Below are positions 9,812-18,471 of a stretch of DNA of 64,000 nt, one piece after another. Made by a program: the position numbers and the translations under genes. Numbering within the stretch: the stretch's first letter is position 1; the number at the start of each line of letters is the position of its first letter. A model generated the notes under the pieces. That model ran no database searches. It was not told the DNA's origin and was given only the letters and a program-made list of their open reading frames with translations. Location of the stretch: assembly GCA_035500505.1 (NCBI GenBank), contig DATJXE010000003.1, forward strand, positions 70,921 to 134,920, written 5' to 3'. This DNA is from Minisyncoccota bacterium (GTDB lineage Bacteria; Patescibacteriota; Minisyncoccia; Phycocordibacterales; UBA2100).

Positions 9812-10881
9812 GTCTTTTCGCTCTCTTCCTCGTGGTGCGCCAAGCGCCCGGTCTCAATGTCGCGCACGAGTTCCTGGATGGTCGCCGCGGCCGGTACCGA
9901 AAGGATGATGCCGAGGAACCCGGCGAGCTCGCCTCCGATGATGAGCGCGAGAATGACGAGCAAGGGCGGCACGCCGACAACGCGGGAGACGACGAGCGGA
10001 TAGATGAGCTGGCTCTCGAACTGCTGCGCGATGACATAGAGACCGACCGTGAGCAGCCCGAGCGTTGGGCCGCCGGAAACGAACGCGATCATGACCGCAG
10101 GGGCGGCGGCCATGATGGGCCCGAAAACGGGAATTATTTCGAAACATGCCGCGATAACGGCGAGGACGAGCGCGTTGGGCACGCCCAGAATGGTGAGTCC
10201 GAGGTAGACGAGGATGCCCATGATGACCGCGAGGAGAAGCTGGCCTTGCATCCAGAGCCCTATTTTGTGCTGCGACCGGCGCCAGAGGCCCTGCACGTAC
10301 CGTTGGTGCCGGTGCGGCGTCACGATCCGCAAAAAGTCGTCTACGCCGGTCTCGATGACCGCAAAGTAGAACGAGAACACGACGATGAGCACGAATGAGA
10401 ACACCCCGCCGAATATCGCGGTCGCCGCAGAAAGCGCGTTTCCGAAGAACGCGTCGAGGTTGAGCGCGCTCCTGATGCCGCTCAAGAGCGAGTCGGCCGA
10501 GAGCATCGTCGGTTGCGGAATTCCCAACAATTGGGCGTATTGGTCGAAAGCGCCGAAATGCGTGAACGTGTCGAAGTACCCCGGAAGAGCGACGAGGAAC
10601 GTGGCGAGGTCAGAGAGCAACGTCGGAACGAAAAAGTAGAAGAAGACGAATGCCGCTCCCGCGAAGCACAGGTAGACGAAGATAACGGCAATGACGCGCG
10701 GGACCCTTCGCTTCACGAGTCCGGTGACCCCCGGCTCGACCGCGGATGCGATGACGATGGCGGTGAGAACGATGAGAACGATGTCCCGTATGTCGAAGAG
10801 AAGCCATGCGAGCGCGAGAACGACGAGCGTTTTGACGACCGTTCCGGAGGTGATGGAGATGTTGACGTGGCGGTCTTCCAT
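9808..10881 (-). CDS. AI-2E/PerM family transporter
   Basis: Multi-TM, QQFESQLIYP, GFLGIILSVP; start moved to ATG 10881. Confidence 0.88.
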   Translation of the reverse strand: MEDRHVNISITSGTVVKTLVVLALAWLLFDIRDIVLIVLTAIVIASAVEPGVTGLVKRRVPRVIAVIFVYLCFAGAAFVFFYFFVPTLLSDLATFLVALPGYFDTFTHFGAFDQYAQLLGIPQPTMLSADSLLSGIRSALNLDAFFGNALSAATAIFGGVFSFVLIVVFSFYFAVIETGVDDFLRIVTPHRHQRYVQGLWRRSQHKIGLWMQGQLLLAVIMGILVYLGLTILGVPNALVLAVIAACFEIIPVFGPIMAAAPAVMIAFVSGGPTLGLLTVGLYVIAQQFESQLIYPLVVSRVVGVPPLLVILALIIGGELAGFLGIILSVPAAATIQELVRDIETGRLAHHEEESEKT

Positions 10882-10915
10882 GGCTGCATCGTAGCACAAC
10901 GCTACCTTCTGACCA

Positions 10916-12124
10916 TCAGCCGAGGCGCGAGGAAAGTTCCGAAATGGCCACTCGCTCTTGCTCACCGGAGTCGCGGTCGCGGATGGTGACGGTGTCGTTC
11001 TCGAGCGTCTGAAAATCTATCGTGATGCACGAGGGGGTGCCGATCTCGTCCTGCCTGCGGTAGCGCTTGCCGATGTTGCCGTTGTCGTCCCACATGATGC
11101 GCGGCTCCGTTTTCTTGAGTGCGGCGTACACCTCGCGGGCTTTTTTGACGAGTTCCGGCTTGTTCTTGAGGAGCGGAAAAACAGCAGCTTTGATGGGCGC
11201 GACCTCCTTGTTGAATTTCAGATAGGTCCGGGGTTCGCCGCCGAGCTCGTCCTCCGTATACGCGGACGCGAGTATCGCAAGCACGGTGCGGTCGACCCCG
11301 AACGAGGGTTCGATGACGTGCGGAACGAACCGTTCGCCCGATCCTTCGTCGAGGTACGAAAGGTCCTGCCCCGATGCCTGCGCGTGCGCCGAAAGATCAA
11401 AATCGCCCCGGTATGCGAGGCCGGAAAGTTCTTTGCGACCGAACGGAAAGTCAAATTCGAAATCGATGGTCCGTTTCGAGTAATGTGCGCGGTCTTTGTC
11501 CGGCACGTCGAGTTCGTGAATGAGGTCCGGAGCGATACCGACACGCTCGAAGAAGCCCCACGTCTCTTTGCGCCAAAGTTCGAAGGCCGTCTCCCACTCT
11601 TCCGGTCGCACGAAGTATTCGACCTCCATTTGCTCCATCTCCCGAACGCGAAAAATAAAATCCCGTGGAGATATCTCGTTCCTGAACGCCTTGCCGATCT
11701 GCGCGATGCCAAAGGGAAGCTTCGGGTGGAACGCGTCGACGGTATTCTTGAAATTGAGGAAAATGCCCCCCGCGGTTTCCGGCCGCAAGTACGCCTCAGT
11801 CGCTTCCTCGGCCGCTCCCACGCTCGTTTTGAACATCGTATTGAACAGTTTGCCGGTCGCGAGCGGGTCGGCGAAACCGGCTACGTGCCCGCTCGCTTTC
11901 CACGCTTCAGGGTTCAGAATAATCGCGGAATCGAGGCCACAGACGTCCTCGCGGCCGTGAACGAACATCCGCCACCAAAGCTGTTTGACATTATTTTTCA
12001 GCTCGACGCCCAAGGCCCCGTAATCCCAAAAGCCGGCGAATCCCCCGTAGATCTCCGACCCCGGAAAAATGAAACCTCGCCGTTTCGCGAGGGATACTAT
12101 TTTTTCCATCAATTCATCGGCCAT
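10916..12124 (-). CDS. glyQS: Glycyl-tRNA synthetase, alpha2 (eukaryote/archaea-like) type
   Basis: KRRGFIFPGSEIYGG, LRPETA, FRNEISPR, VIEPSFGVDR, IGKRYRRQDEIGTP. Confidence 0.96.
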   Translation of the reverse strand: MADELMEKIVSLAKRRGFIFPGSEIYGGFAGFWDYGALGVELKNNVKQLWWRMFVHGREDVCGLDSAIILNPEAWKASGHVAGFADPLATGKLFNTMFKTSVGAAEEATEAYLRPETAGGIFLNFKNTVDAFHPKLPFGIAQIGKAFRNEISPRDFIFRVREMEQMEVEYFVRPEEWETAFELWRKETWGFFERVGIAPDLIHELDVPDKDRAHYSKRTIDFEFDFPFGRKELSGLAYRGDFDLSAHAQASGQDLSYLDEGSGERFVPHVIEPSFGVDRTVLAILASAYTEDELGGEPRTYLKFNKEVAPIKAAVFPLLKNKPELVKKAREVYAALKKTEPRIMWDDNGNIGKRYRRQDEIGTPSCITIDFQTLENDTVTIRDRDSGEQERVAISELSSRLG

Positions 12125-12145
12125 GTGAAGAGTGTAGCTTAAAAG

Positions 12146-14173
12146 CTACTGCGCGACCACGGTCGCGTTGGCAGCAGAAAAGCCCGGATCGGCGCCGACG
12201 ACCATGCCCGGAGAAGACTGCGCGACTTGCGCGAGATTCGTCGTAACATCCTTGACCGAAACACTTATCTTCGCGCTGGAGCTCGCGTTGGGGTCCGTCG
12301 GCGCGAGCGTCGCCGCTTCGGACTGATCGATACCCTGCAGCGTGATGCCCTGCAAGAGCGGCGGCTGCGAGCCTATCTGCGAGGTCGACGGCGTGAAGCC
12401 TATGGCGATAGCCGCCTGCCGCGGCTGGTTGCCGTCAACACCGACGTCCGGCTTGATGGTCCCGAGATCCCAGGTGAGCGTGCCGTCGTTGGGGTTCACG
12501 GAAATGTTCTCGCTGGGCGGTGAGTAGTTGCCGAGCCAGCGCACGTAGGGCGGCAGGTGCGCCGTGAGGGTCGCGTTGTCTATTTCATTGGTCGTGTTGG
12601 TGACGGTGAAGAGGAGCGCGTAGGTCGTCTCCGTTCCCGCTTTCGGCGGGATGGGGCCGGTCGAACCGAACGGGCTCGCATAGTAGAGGCCCTGCGCGGC
12701 AAGCTCGAGATCGCTCGTGATGCCTATCGTCTGCGAGATGGCGGCCTGCAAACTCTGCGGCACTCCCGACTGGTCGGTGCGCTGCCCTGCCGCGCTCAGA
12801 GAAATGACGATGTTGGGGTTGGTCGCGTTCTGAAGCATCGCGGAGGTGGGTGCGGTAAAGGAGAATTTGAGCGTGCCCGAGCCGCCGGGCGGAATGGAGG
12901 AAAGAACGCCGTCTGTCGTCGTCTTATCCCAATACATTGAGCCGTCGCTGGAGCGGTAGAAGCCGTTGGTGGAAATGACCGTGGCGCCGTTTATCTGCGC
13001 GCCGGTGAGCTTCGCGACGATGACCGCGTTCTGTATCGCGGTCGGCAGATTGTTGACGTAGCTGATGGAGACGGAGACGCTCTCGCCGGGCGAAACGGTC
13101 GTCGTCGATGACGCACCGTTGACCGAAACGCCCAAGCCAAGGAACGAATTGGAAATGTTCATCGCGTACGATTCGCTCGAAAGCGGCGTCGTGACCGTCG
13201 TGGAGCTTGCGGCCTGCCCCGTTCCGGCGACTATCTGGAAAGTGCGCTCGTCGCCCGGACTTCCACTCAATACCCCGTCGACCGTGACCGATCGCACCTG
13301 TCCCGGATTGAGGTCGCCCAAGTTCCACAATCCCGGCGCGCTCGAAGGCGGCGCAGCCGAGGTGAGCTTGAAGCCGAACGGGTAGGTTATGGAGAGAAGC
13401 GCGCCTTTGACGGGTTCGGTCGCGTTCGAGGACACGTTGACCGTGAATTCGACCGGCTGTCCCGAAACCGTCTCAGAATTCCCGGAAACCGCGATGGAAA
13501 GCGGCGACGAGCCGAAGGTTATCCCGTAATCGCTCGAAGCGACGAAGATCGAGTTCGAGCCGGAGAGGTGGTACTCAAGTTCGAATTTCACGTCCGCCTG
13601 CTGTCCGGCAATTCCCGAGAAGACGGCCGGTATCTCTCCCTGCACGCTCTGTCCGGGAGCGATGGTGCCCAAGTCCTGCCGCAGATTCGGTTCGTCGGTT
13701 GAGAGGTCGGCGGCCGAGCGCGTGCCCGACGGGAACGTCACGACCAGGCTCGAAAGCTCGAGCGGCGCCGCGTTGCGGTTCGTGACGACGACCTGCAGTT
13801 CGGTGATGCCGCCGCTTTGCACTTCCGGAGGCCCGGAGACCGCGATGTCGATATTGGAGGGCGATGCGGCGAGAGCGCCACCGCCGAGAGTGAAGTAATA
13901 GATGAAAAATGCGACGGCACACACGAAAAACAGGATGGCGGCGGCGAGCACCCACCACAGTGCGGAGCGGGCGAACCCTATGGTGCGCGGCGCGACGATC
14001 GTTGGTGAAAGCGGCTCTTCCTCATGCACGAAATCGTCGCCCACGATGGATCGCGGTTCCTGCAACGTCCGGCGCTCGCGTGCTTTTAGTTTTTCAGAAA
14101 GCGTCCGCGAGTACATCGCCTGCCGCAGGCGGTCGATCTTTTCCTCATCTTCCGAGGAACCGGGAGGGGGCAT
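12146..14173 (-). CDS. Large membrane-anchored Ser/Thr-rich surface protein with Ig-like (DUF11-like) repeats
   Basis: Single TM near N-terminus, repeated WxLGxL/IxPG motifs, beta-rich. Confidence 0.75.
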   Translation of the reverse strand: MPPPGSSEDEEKIDRLRQAMYSRTLSEKLKARERRTLQEPRSIVGDDFVHEEEPLSPTIVAPRTIGFARSALWWVLAAAILFFVCAVAFFIYYFTLGGGALAASPSNIDIAVSGPPEVQSGGITELQVVVTNRNAAPLELSSLVVTFPSGTRSAADLSTDEPNLRQDLGTIAPGQSVQGEIPAVFSGIAGQQADVKFELEYHLSGSNSIFVASSDYGITFGSSPLSIAVSGNSETVSGQPVEFTVNVSSNATEPVKGALLSITYPFGFKLTSAAPPSSAPGLWNLGDLNPGQVRSVTVDGVLSGSPGDERTFQIVAGTGQAASSTTVTTPLSSESYAMNISNSFLGLGVSVNGASSTTTVSPGESVSVSISYVNNLPTAIQNAVIVAKLTGAQINGATVISTNGFYRSSDGSMYWDKTTTDGVLSSIPPGGSGTLKFSFTAPTSAMLQNATNPNIVISLSAAGQRTDQSGVPQSLQAAISQTIGITSDLELAAQGLYYASPFGSTGPIPPKAGTETTYALLFTVTNTTNEIDNATLTAHLPPYVRWLGNYSPPSENISVNPNDGTLTWDLGTIKPDVGVDGNQPRQAAIAIGFTPSTSQIGSQPPLLQGITLQGIDQSEAATLAPTDPNASSSAKISVSVKDVTTNLAQVAQSSPGMVVGADPGFSAANATVVAQ

Positions 14174-14185
14174 TCCAAAAGTATA

Positions 14186-15982
14186 TCACCGCCCTTTCCC
14201 CTTTGATTTCCGTACGTAGAGAAGCTCTTCGGGCAAACGGAAGAGTCCTTCGTCGTTCTTTTTCTGCTCCATGAAGTGCGCGATGAAGCCGACCGAGCGC
14301 GGGATGACGAAAAGCGCGTTGAAAAATTCGCATGCGGCAAGCTCGCGCAACTCTTCCGGAGAAAGTTTCTCGCACTCGGCGAGGATGTCGAGCGCAAGCG
14401 CGGCGATGACGCCGTCGACGTTGAGGATCAGATTGCCGCTTTTCTTGGTGGTTACCGCCTCTATCTCACGTGCGAAATCATAATGCGGATGCTCCTTGAG
14501 GAGTCCTGCGAACTGCGAAATGGCCGCGACGCGCGGGTCGGGGATGCCGACGCGATACTTGCGGTGCCCGATGCCCGCGAGCAACTTCCCGCCCTTGGTG
14601 CGCGCTTCGACGAAGTGTGTCGCAGCATCATCTTGTACGACGCCGGAGAGCCACTGTTCGGCGGCTGCATTGACCGCGCCGCCGAAACGAGGGCCGATCG
14701 TGAGGAGCCCGGCGGAGAGCGAAGAAACGAGATCTTTGCCCGCGCGCGCCGAGATCATCGTGTTGACCGCGCCGGAGACTTCGCCGCCATGGTCGATAAG
14801 CAATTGCAGAACGGCTTCGGCGAATGCGGCCGTTACGTCGGATCGCAACTTCTTGTCGAGCAAAGCCTCGAAGGCTGCTGCCGCGAAACCGCGCTTCTGC
14901 GGGATCAGTTTCTTGTTTTTGACGAACGTCGGCACCGCGTCAAGGTCCACGACCTCGCGTGTCGAAAGGACACTCGGGCGGCGGTTCTTCATCGAGTCCA
15001 TTGTCAAAACGGTAGCATGAAATGTCTCCCCCGGCAGCTTTTTGAGCTCCGCAAGGAATTCAGGGAATGTATCCGGCGCGATCGCGCCAGCCTTGCGGAG
15101 TGCGTCCCGTTTCGCTCGTGCGCTTTCGTCCTGGCGCGCAACGAGTGCTTTCGCGTGCCCGAACTGCATGTGCTCGTCGAACGCCTCATCGATTATGCCG
15201 GCGATATAGGCCACGACCGGTTTCGTGAGCTTCTTTTTTTCGAGCAGCCCCACGATCTCGTACTCATCAACGCCGCCAAGTTCCCCAAAATACACGACCG
15301 CGTTCGTTTTCGGGTCATGCTGCGCAAGCAGCAAGACGTCGGTGAGTGACGTGATCGGAAAACGGTCGCCGCCGATGCACATTGCGAACGAAAGATCCTT
15401 CCGCGCGCCCGCGACCGCGCGGATAAGCTCGTTGGTCATGCCGCCCGACGTCGAGACGACGGCGACGGAACCTTCAGTCGTGAGGTTGCCCGCTTCGATC
15501 TGGGCGATGTCGGTACCGCCGATCGCACCCAGCTTGAGGTGTCCAGCAACGAGCAATCCCACACCCGAGGGCCCTGCAATGAGTTTGTCGTTACCGAATC
15601 GGCGAAGAAGCTCGGTCGCATGTCGTTCGGGAATGTTTTCTGCGAACAGATGTCCGCCGAGCGCATTCGGGAACCTTTCGAAGAAGGCGATGCTCGAATC
15701 GAACGCGCGCCTGCCCGATCGCACGTTCAGCATCCAAGAGATCCTGCCATGAAAAGACCGAGGAATAGGGCCAATATCCGGGAAGCATGGAAGAAGCAGC
15801 TCGGACGGTCCGAAAAAGAATTTCTGCGCCTTACGGGCGCCGCCCACTATCGCAACGACCGATGGTCCTTTTTTGCCGCTCAGAAAATCGAAATCGAGTA
15901 TGGATTGCACGATGCCGGGATGGTTGCCGACCACGAGAATTCCCGTCGTCCCTTTTCGGACTAATTCGAGGACATTTTTCAT
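14186..15982 (-). CDS. aclA: ATP citrate lyase alpha subunit (SucD-like plus citryl-CoA lyase domain)
   Basis: STSGGMTNEL, IGGDRFP, GELGG, QFGHAKA (phospho-His), DHGGEVSGA, GIGHRKY, NVDG. Confidence 0.9.
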   Translation of the reverse strand: MKNVLELVRKGTTGILVVGNHPGIVQSILDFDFLSGKKGPSVVAIVGGARKAQKFFFGPSELLLPCFPDIGPIPRSFHGRISWMLNVRSGRRAFDSSIAFFERFPNALGGHLFAENIPERHATELLRRFGNDKLIAGPSGVGLLVAGHLKLGAIGGTDIAQIEAGNLTTEGSVAVVSTSGGMTNELIRAVAGARKDLSFAMCIGGDRFPITSLTDVLLLAQHDPKTNAVVYFGELGGVDEYEIVGLLEKKKLTKPVVAYIAGIIDEAFDEHMQFGHAKALVARQDESARAKRDALRKAGAIAPDTFPEFLAELKKLPGETFHATVLTMDSMKNRRPSVLSTREVVDLDAVPTFVKNKKLIPQKRGFAAAAFEALLDKKLRSDVTAAFAEAVLQLLIDHGGEVSGAVNTMISARAGKDLVSSLSAGLLTIGPRFGGAVNAAAEQWLSGVVQDDAATHFVEARTKGGKLLAGIGHRKYRVGIPDPRVAAISQFAGLLKEHPHYDFAREIEAVTTKKSGNLILNVDGVIAALALDILAECEKLSPEELRELAACEFFNALFVIPRSVGFIAHFMEQKKNDEGLFRLPEELLYVRKSKGKGR

Positions 15983-17136
15983 ACGCCAGTGAAAGCGATC
16001 GCGTCTTCGACCGCTTTCGTAATGACGGTTTCCGAACCGTGGATGGAACCGAACAATTTCTCGCGCTCCAAAAACTCCTGCATAAGTTCCAGTCCCGCTT
16101 TTTCGTTCGGTCCGCCGCGCCGCACGAACACTTTTATTTTTTGTGCGCGAAGTTTCGGTGCGTATTCAGAAAGCGCGTCGATGATGCCGGTGAATGTTTT
16201 TTTCACGTCGGTGAAATTGGCGACGCCCCCGGCGATGACCAGCGCTTTCTTTTTCGCCTTGGATGCGAGCATGAGCTCGATGACCTCTTTCGCATAGAGA
16301 TAGGTCTCTTCGCGCGACGGTCCGCCACTGTATTCGCCATAGTTCCCTATGAACTTCCCCGCCCCTTCGAGCGCGGCTTCGTCGGCTATCACGATAGAAC
16401 CCCCGCCGCCGGAAAGTAAGAAGAAGAGCGCACCATTTTTATTGACGACGGAAAGCTTGAGCGACGCGGGCGTCGTTTTGGCGATCGCTTCGACGCGCGC
16501 TTCGGCCGGATGTTCCGAACCGGTCGTTACGATATCGTCTTCGCCCCACGAGTCGGTAAAGAAAGCTCCAGCGCTGTCGACAAGACACGCTGCGTCCAAC
16601 AGATACGTTTTACCCTTCTGAATAACGAGTGGATTTATCTCAAGGAACGCGAAAAAGTTCTTGTTGAACGTTCCGACGAGATGCTGCAAAAATCCCTCCG
16701 AGATTTTTGCAGCGTTCGCCACTTTCTTCACATCCGCATCAGTTGCAACAATGTACGTTTTCACCTTCTCCGGGTGCGCCTCGATGTCGATCCCGCCCTC
16801 GCCCGCGTGCAGTATCCGTATCCCTTCGCGCACGCGCTCGAGCGAAAGGTATTGTTCTTCGCTTGCTTCGTGCGGCACGAGTGGCTCGAGCAAGAATTGT
16901 GAGAAGCCTTTTTTCTTCCACTCCGCTATCTTTTTCAATGCCTGCGAGGGCGTTACGCCGACCGCAACAAGTCCTTGTTTAAAGCGCTTTTTTATACCTT
17001 GGTCGACCTTGACGACGAGAGTCCCCTTCGAAGCTTTAGCGGAGTAGGACTGCCCCGCATGAACAAAAATTCCTTTATATGCATCTCCAAGCAATATCTT
17101 TTTCGCGCGATACTCGCTGATCTTTACGCGAGCCAT
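15979..17136 (-). CDS. aclB: ATP citrate lyase beta subunit (ATP-grasp plus citrate binding)
   Basis: LEINPL, GGGGSIVIAD, NYGEYSGGP, GGVANFTDV, RRGGPN. Confidence 0.9.
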   Translation of the reverse strand: MARVKISEYRAKKILLGDAYKGIFVHAGQSYSAKASKGTLVVKVDQGIKKRFKQGLVAVGVTPSQALKKIAEWKKKGFSQFLLEPLVPHEASEEQYLSLERVREGIRILHAGEGGIDIEAHPEKVKTYIVATDADVKKVANAAKISEGFLQHLVGTFNKNFFAFLEINPLVIQKGKTYLLDAACLVDSAGAFFTDSWGEDDIVTTGSEHPAEARVEAIAKTTPASLKLSVVNKNGALFFLLSGGGGSIVIADEAALEGAGKFIGNYGEYSGGPSREETYLYAKEVIELMLASKAKKKALVIAGGVANFTDVKKTFTGIIDALSEYAPKLRAQKIKVFVRRGGPNEKAGLELMQEFLEREKLFGSIHGSETVITKAVEDAIAFTGV

Positions 17137-17137
17137 A

Positions 17138-17572
17138 TTAGAACTGCAATCTGAACACCTGCGTGTCTCGCTTCTTGAAGCCTACTTTTTCGTACAAATG
17201 TTGCGCCGCGATACGATCATTACCGCTCGTAAGATACAATTGGCTTGCTCCCGCCTGTTTCGCCTCTTGTATAGCTATCTCCATCATTTTCTGTCCAAGT
17301 TTCTGGCCTCTATATCCTTCATCGACTACGACATCCTCGACAAATCCGGTCCGCTTTCCAAATTTGGTCGCCAGATATACCGTGCACATCCCTATTACCT
17401 TTCCATCGTCCTTCGCGACAACGAATATGACATTTTTGTTTTCTAAAATCGCATCAAGGTCAGTCTGTGTTCCGAGCGGTTCGCCTGGATCGCGTCGAAG
17501 CTGCGGGAGAAGCTTATTGATCTCCTGGAGCGCGTTTTTCGAAGCAGTCGTCATCCTCTCCGTAACAATCAT
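17138..17572 (-). CDS. GNAT acetyltransferase
   Basis: VVVDEGYRGQKLG motif A, AQHLYEKVGF. Confidence 0.9.
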   Translation of the reverse strand: MIVTERMTTASKNALQEINKLLPQLRRDPGEPLGTQTDLDAILENKNVIFVVAKDDGKVIGMCTVYLATKFGKRTGFVEDVVVDEGYRGQKLGQKMMEIAIQEAKQAGASQLYLTSGNDRIAAQHLYEKVGFKKRDTQVFRLQF

Positions 17573-17612
17573 TGCAAAAGCCTATACCTACGGCCGCATC
17601 TCCGCAATACCG

Positions 17613-17651
17613 AAATAAAAATAGGGGGCCGCCGAGAAGCGACCCCCCCCC
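17613..17651 (-). terminator. Intrinsic terminator of the small basic ORF
   Basis: Minus strand GGGGGTCGC-TTCTCG-GCGGCCCCC-TATTTTTATTT. Confidence 0.7.
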
Positions 17652-17675
17652 TAATCCGCGCTCGCCGGCGCAAGA

Positions 17676-17822
17676 TCACTGTTTTTTCTTGGCCTTCTTT
17701 TTCTTCTTCGCCGCCCTTGCTTGGCGCTTGTCACCCTCTTCGGAATGACGCTTGGTCATCCCCTCGCCCGCCGCGCGGACGATATCGAGATCGCCCGACG
17801 TAGAATGTTCTTTTCTATCCAT
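17676..17822 (-). CDS. 48-aa small protein with Lys-rich tail (not in ORF track)
   Basis: MDRKEHSTSGDLDIVRAAGEGMTKRHSEEGDKRQARAAKKKKKAKKKQ; SD GAGGTGAAGGAG 7 nt upstream, TTGACA upstream, terminator downstream. Confidence 0.65.
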   Translation of the reverse strand: MDRKEHSTSGDLDIVRAAGEGMTKRHSEEGDKRQARAAKKKKKAKKKQ

Positions 17823-17896
17823 CGCTATTCTCCTTCACCTCGTCTGGAAGGACCTCACGGTACACCCGTGCGGGGTTTAGTGTCAATCGCCAGTAC

Positions 17897-18469
17897 TCAA
17901 AGTTGTGTCTCCGCAATCGCTTTGTTGATGGAGGTAAGAAGCTTGTCTTTCATGGTCTCCGCTTCGAGAAGCGACTCGCCGGTGTAGGCGGTGTGGGTGA
18001 AAAGTGCAGTGGAGAGGGCTTCGCTTGAGATGTAGCCGAGAGCGAAGAGAACGCGTGCGACGCAGACTATCTCTATTGTTGCCCATGCGTCACATCGCTC
18101 TTGCATGAGTGCATCATGCGCCTCCGCAAGCGCCGCAAAAAGATATTCGTTGCGCTCTTCCCCGTGCACGAGGCGAAGCACCAATTCCGAAATTCGCGCG
18201 AACGTTGAGACGCCGCGCAGGTCTCCGGAAGCCGATTTGACGGCAGTCGCGCCAGCCACTCGCCACCCGCGTTTCCCCCTCACGAGCGACACGTGCGCAC
18301 GCGAGGATCTCTGGAGCGCGTAGCGCATCTTGGACTTCTCATTCCGCACGGCCGAAGCCCTCGCCCGGACCAATCCGAAATCGCGCGTGTAGAGCGCGAA
18401 TACTTTGTCCGCTTCACCATGCTCGCGACTCCCCAAAACCAGCGCCTCGGTGTGGTACTTCTGGTACAT
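17897..18469 (-). CDS. recO: DNA repair protein RecO (short)
   Basis: TEALVLGSREHGEADK..YTRDFGLVRARA N-terminal OB fold. Confidence 0.85.
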   Translation of the reverse strand: MYQKYHTEALVLGSREHGEADKVFALYTRDFGLVRARASAVRNEKSKMRYALQRSSRAHVSLVRGKRGWRVAGATAVKSASGDLRGVSTFARISELVLRLVHGEERNEYLFAALAEAHDALMQERCDAWATIEIVCVARVLFALGYISSEALSTALFTHTAYTGESLLEAETMKDKLLTSINKAIAETQL

Positions 18470-18471
18470 GC

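Noticed and set aside
17643-17651. C9 homopolymer as a phase-variation tract
   Set aside because: It is one arm of an intergenic terminator hairpin
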